Shown here one piece after another: positions 61,312 to 64,000 of a DNA stretch of 64,000 bases (within the stretch, counting starts at the first letter, position 1; each line of letters begins with the position of its first letter). The notes under the pieces are model-generated. The model saw nothing but the letters and a program-made list of their open reading frames with translations, searched no databases and was not told where the DNA came from. Source of the stretch: the human T2T-CHM13v2.0 reference genome, Homo sapiens; assembly GCF_009914755.1 (NCBI RefSeq), contig NC_060925.1. One strand, 5' to 3'. The position numbers and the translations under genes were made by a program.

Positions 61312-64000
61312 GAATTCCCAGTAACTTCCTTGTGTTGTGTGCATTCAACTCACAGAGTTGAACGTTCCCTTAGACAGAGCAGATTTGAAACACTCTATTT
61401 GTGCAATTTGCAAGTGTAGATTTCAAGCGCTTTAAGGTCAACGGCAGAAAAGGAAATATCTTCGTTTCAAAACTAGACAGAATCATTCCCACAAACTGCG
61501 TTGTGATGTGTTCGTTCAACTCACAGAGTTTAACCTTTCTGTTCATAGAGCAGTTAGGAAACACTCTGTTTGTAAAGTCTGTAAGTGGATATTCTGACAT
61601 CTTGTGGCCTTCGTTGGAAACGGGATTTCTTCATATTCTGCTAGACAGAAGAATTCTCAGTAACTTCCTTGTGTTGTGTGTATTCAACTCACAGAGTTGA
61701 ACGATCCTTTACACAGAGCAGACTTGAAACACTCTTTTTGTGGAATTTGCAAGTGGAGATTTCAGCCGCTTTGAGGTCAATGGTAGAAAAGGAAACTATC
61801 TTCATATAAAGACTAGACAGAATGATTCTCAGAAAATCTTTTGTGATGTGTGCGTTCAACTCACAGAGTTTAACTTTTCTTCTCATAGAGCAGTTAGGAA
61901 ACACTCTGTTTGTAAAGTCTGCAAGTGGATATTCAGACCTCTTTGAGGCCTTCGTTGGAAACGGGATTTCTTCATATTATGCTAGACAGAATAATTCTCA
62001 GTAACTTCCTTGTGTTGTGTGTATTCAACTCACAGAGTTGAAGGATCCTTTACAGAGAGCAGGCTTGAAACACTCTTTTTGTCGAATTTGCAAGTGGAGA
62101 TTTCAGCCGCTTTGAGGTCAATGGTAGAATAGGAAATATCTTCTTATAGAAACTAGACAGAATGATTCTCATGAACTCCTTTGTGATGTGTGCGTTCAAC
62201 TCACAGAGTTTAACCTTTCTTTTCATAGAGCAGTTAGGAAACACTCTGTTTGTAAAGTCTGCAAGTGGATATTCAGACCTCCTTGAGGCCTTCGTTGGAA
62301 ACGGGATTTCATCATATTCTGCTAGACAGAAGAATTCTCAGTAACTTCCTTGTGTTGTGTTTATTCAACTCACAGAGTTGAATGATCCTTTACACAGAGC
62401 AGACTTGAAACACTCTTTTTGTGGAATTTGCAAGTGGAGATTTCAGCCGCTTTGAGGTCAATGGTAGAAAAGTAAATATCTTCGTATAAAGACTAGACAG
62501 AATGATTCTCAGAAACTCCTTTGTGATGTGTGCGTTCAACTCACAGAGTTTAACCTTTCTGTTCATAGAGCAGTTAGGAAACACTCTGTTTGTAAAGTCT
62601 GCAAGTGGATATTCAGACCTCCTTGAGGCCTTCGTTGGAAACGGGATTTCTTCATATTCTGCTAGGCAGAAGAATTCTCAGTAACTTCCTTGTGTTGTGT
62701 GTATTCAACTCACAGAGTTGAACGATCCTTTACACAGAGCAGACTTGAAACACTCTTTTTGTGGAATTTGCAAGTGGAGATTTCAGCCGCTTTGAGGTCA
62801 ATGGTAGAAAAGGAAATATCTTCCTATAAAGACTAGACAGAATGATTCTCAGAAACTCCTTTGTGATGTGTGCGTTCAACTCACAGAGTTTAACCTTTCT
62901 TTTCATAGAGCAGTTAGGAAACACTCTGTTTGTAAAGTCTGCAAGTGGATATTCAGACCTCTTTGAGGCCTTCGTTGGAAACGGGATTTCTTCCTATTCT
63001 GCTAGACAGAAGAATTCTCAGTAACTTCCTTGTGTTGTGTGTATTCAACTCACAGAGTTGAACGATCCTTTACACAGAGCAGACTTGAAACACTCTTTTT
63101 GTGGAATTTGCAAGTGGAGATTTCAGCCGCTTTGAGGTCAATAGTAGAAAAGGAAATATCTTCGTAGAAAAACTAGACAGAATGATTCTCAGAAACTCCT
63201 TTGTGATGTGTGTGTTCAACTCACAGAGTTTAACCTTTCTTTTCATAGAGCAGTTAGTAAACACTCTGTTTATAAAGTCTGCAAGTGGATATTCAGACCC
63301 CTTTGAGGCCTTCGTTGGAAACGGGATTTCTTCATATTATGCTAGACAGAAGAATTCTCAGTAACTTCCTTGTGTTGTGTGTATTCAACTGACAGAGTTG
63401 AACTTTCATTTAGAGAGAGCAGATTTGAAACACTGTTTTTGTGGAATTTGCAAGTGGAGATTTCAAGCGCTTTGGGGCCAAAGGCAGAAAAGGAAATATC
63501 TTCGTATAAAAACTAGACAGAATCATTCTCAGAAACTGCTGCGTGATGTGTGCGTTCAACTCTCAGTGTTTAACTTTTCTTTTCATTCAGCGGTTTGGAA
63601 ACACTATGTTTGTAAAGTCTGCACGTGGATATTTTGACCACTTAGAGGCCTTCGTTGGAAACGGGTTTTTTTCATGTAAGGCTAGACAGAAGAATTCCCA
63701 GTAACTTCCTTGTGTTGTGTGCATTCAACTCACAGAGTTGAACGTTCCCTTAGACAGAGCAGATTTGAAACACTCTATTTGTGCAATTTGCAAGTGTAGA
63801 TTTCAAGCGCTTTAAGGTCAACGGCAGAAAAGGAAATATCTTCGTTTCAAAACTAGACAGAATCATTCCCACAAACTGCGTTGTGATGTGTTCGTTCAAC
63901 TCACAGAGTTTAACCTTTCTGTTCATAGAGCAGTTAGGAAACACTCTGTTTGTAAAGTCTGTAAGTGGATATTCTGACATCTTGTGGCCTTCGTTGGAAA

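Larger units (their letters stand above)
1..64000 (+). repeat. Centromeric alpha-satellite higher-order-repeat array, SF1 dimeric type (likely S1C1/5/19H1L = D1Z7/D5Z2/D19Z3)
   Basis: Continuous ~170-bp monomers with 340-bp periodicity; GAATTC or a variant at 121, 462, 802, 1142, 1481 and onward. The dimer matches the classic human EcoRI 340-bp alphoid sequence (gaattctcagtaacttccttgtgttgtgtgtattcaactcacagagttgaacgatcc...). CENP-B box in every second monomer. Alpha-satellite call is near certain; chromosome 1 vs 5 vs 19 cannot be resolved by eye. Confidence 0.97.

Noticed and set aside
159-63980. Hundreds of 60-108 aa ORFs on both strands (MFPNCS..., MILRNS..., MQFASV..., MCIQLT...)
   Set aside because: They recur with the 340-bp period, overlap in several frames, often start at GTG or TTG, are freely broken by indels and stops, and show no recognisable domain. 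They are chance open frames of satellite DNA, used here only as positional markers.
1-64000. CRISPR-like array (regular conserved motif with a palindrome)
   Set aside because: The sequence between motifs is itself repeated, with no unique spacers, leader or cas genes.
1-64000. L1/Alu insertion, inversion or non-alphoid island
   Set aside because: None seen. The dimer register is continuous apart from 1-2 bp indels, and all CENP-B boxes are on the same strand.
1-64000. Assignment to one chromosome, or to the active CENP-A/kinetochore domain
   Set aside because: Chromosomes 1, 5 and 19 share this family, and kinetochore position is epigenetic. It needs mapping to T2T assemblies plus CENP-A and methylation data.
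1-64000. Synthetic alphoid array (human artificial chromosome construct)
   Set aside because: No vector, tetO/lacO or linker sequence, and the hierarchical variation looks natural.

Overview
The whole 64 kb is one uninterrupted, single-orientation array of primate (human-type) centromeric alpha satellite. It holds about 376 monomers of ~170 bp, arranged as about 188 EcoRI-type ~340-bp dimers. Each dimer pairs an A-type monomer (pJalpha-like box) with a B-type monomer (CENP-B box), the suprachromosomal family 1 pattern, and best matches the D1Z7/D5Z2/D19Z3 (S1C1/5/19H1L) array. I found no gene, RNA gene, transposon insertion, inversion or CRISPR; the ORFs in the track are read-throughs of the repeat. 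I do not see a new gene-based system. The interest lies in the array architecture. Diagnostic dimer types (my labels A-H and X) give a dominant 12-mer (F-A-B-C-D-E, ~2040 bp) mixed with 6-, 8-, 10-, 14-, 18- and 20-mer variants. There are recent tandem duplications (1700, 3401, 3737, 8499 bp) with mappable hybrid-dimer breakpoints, dispersed multi-kb copies at 17.0, 37.05 and 54.05 kb offsets, a micro gene-conversion tract, and three nearby CENP-B boxes broken by the same G>T change. All comparisons were made by eye and from ORF-track offsets, not by alignment software.
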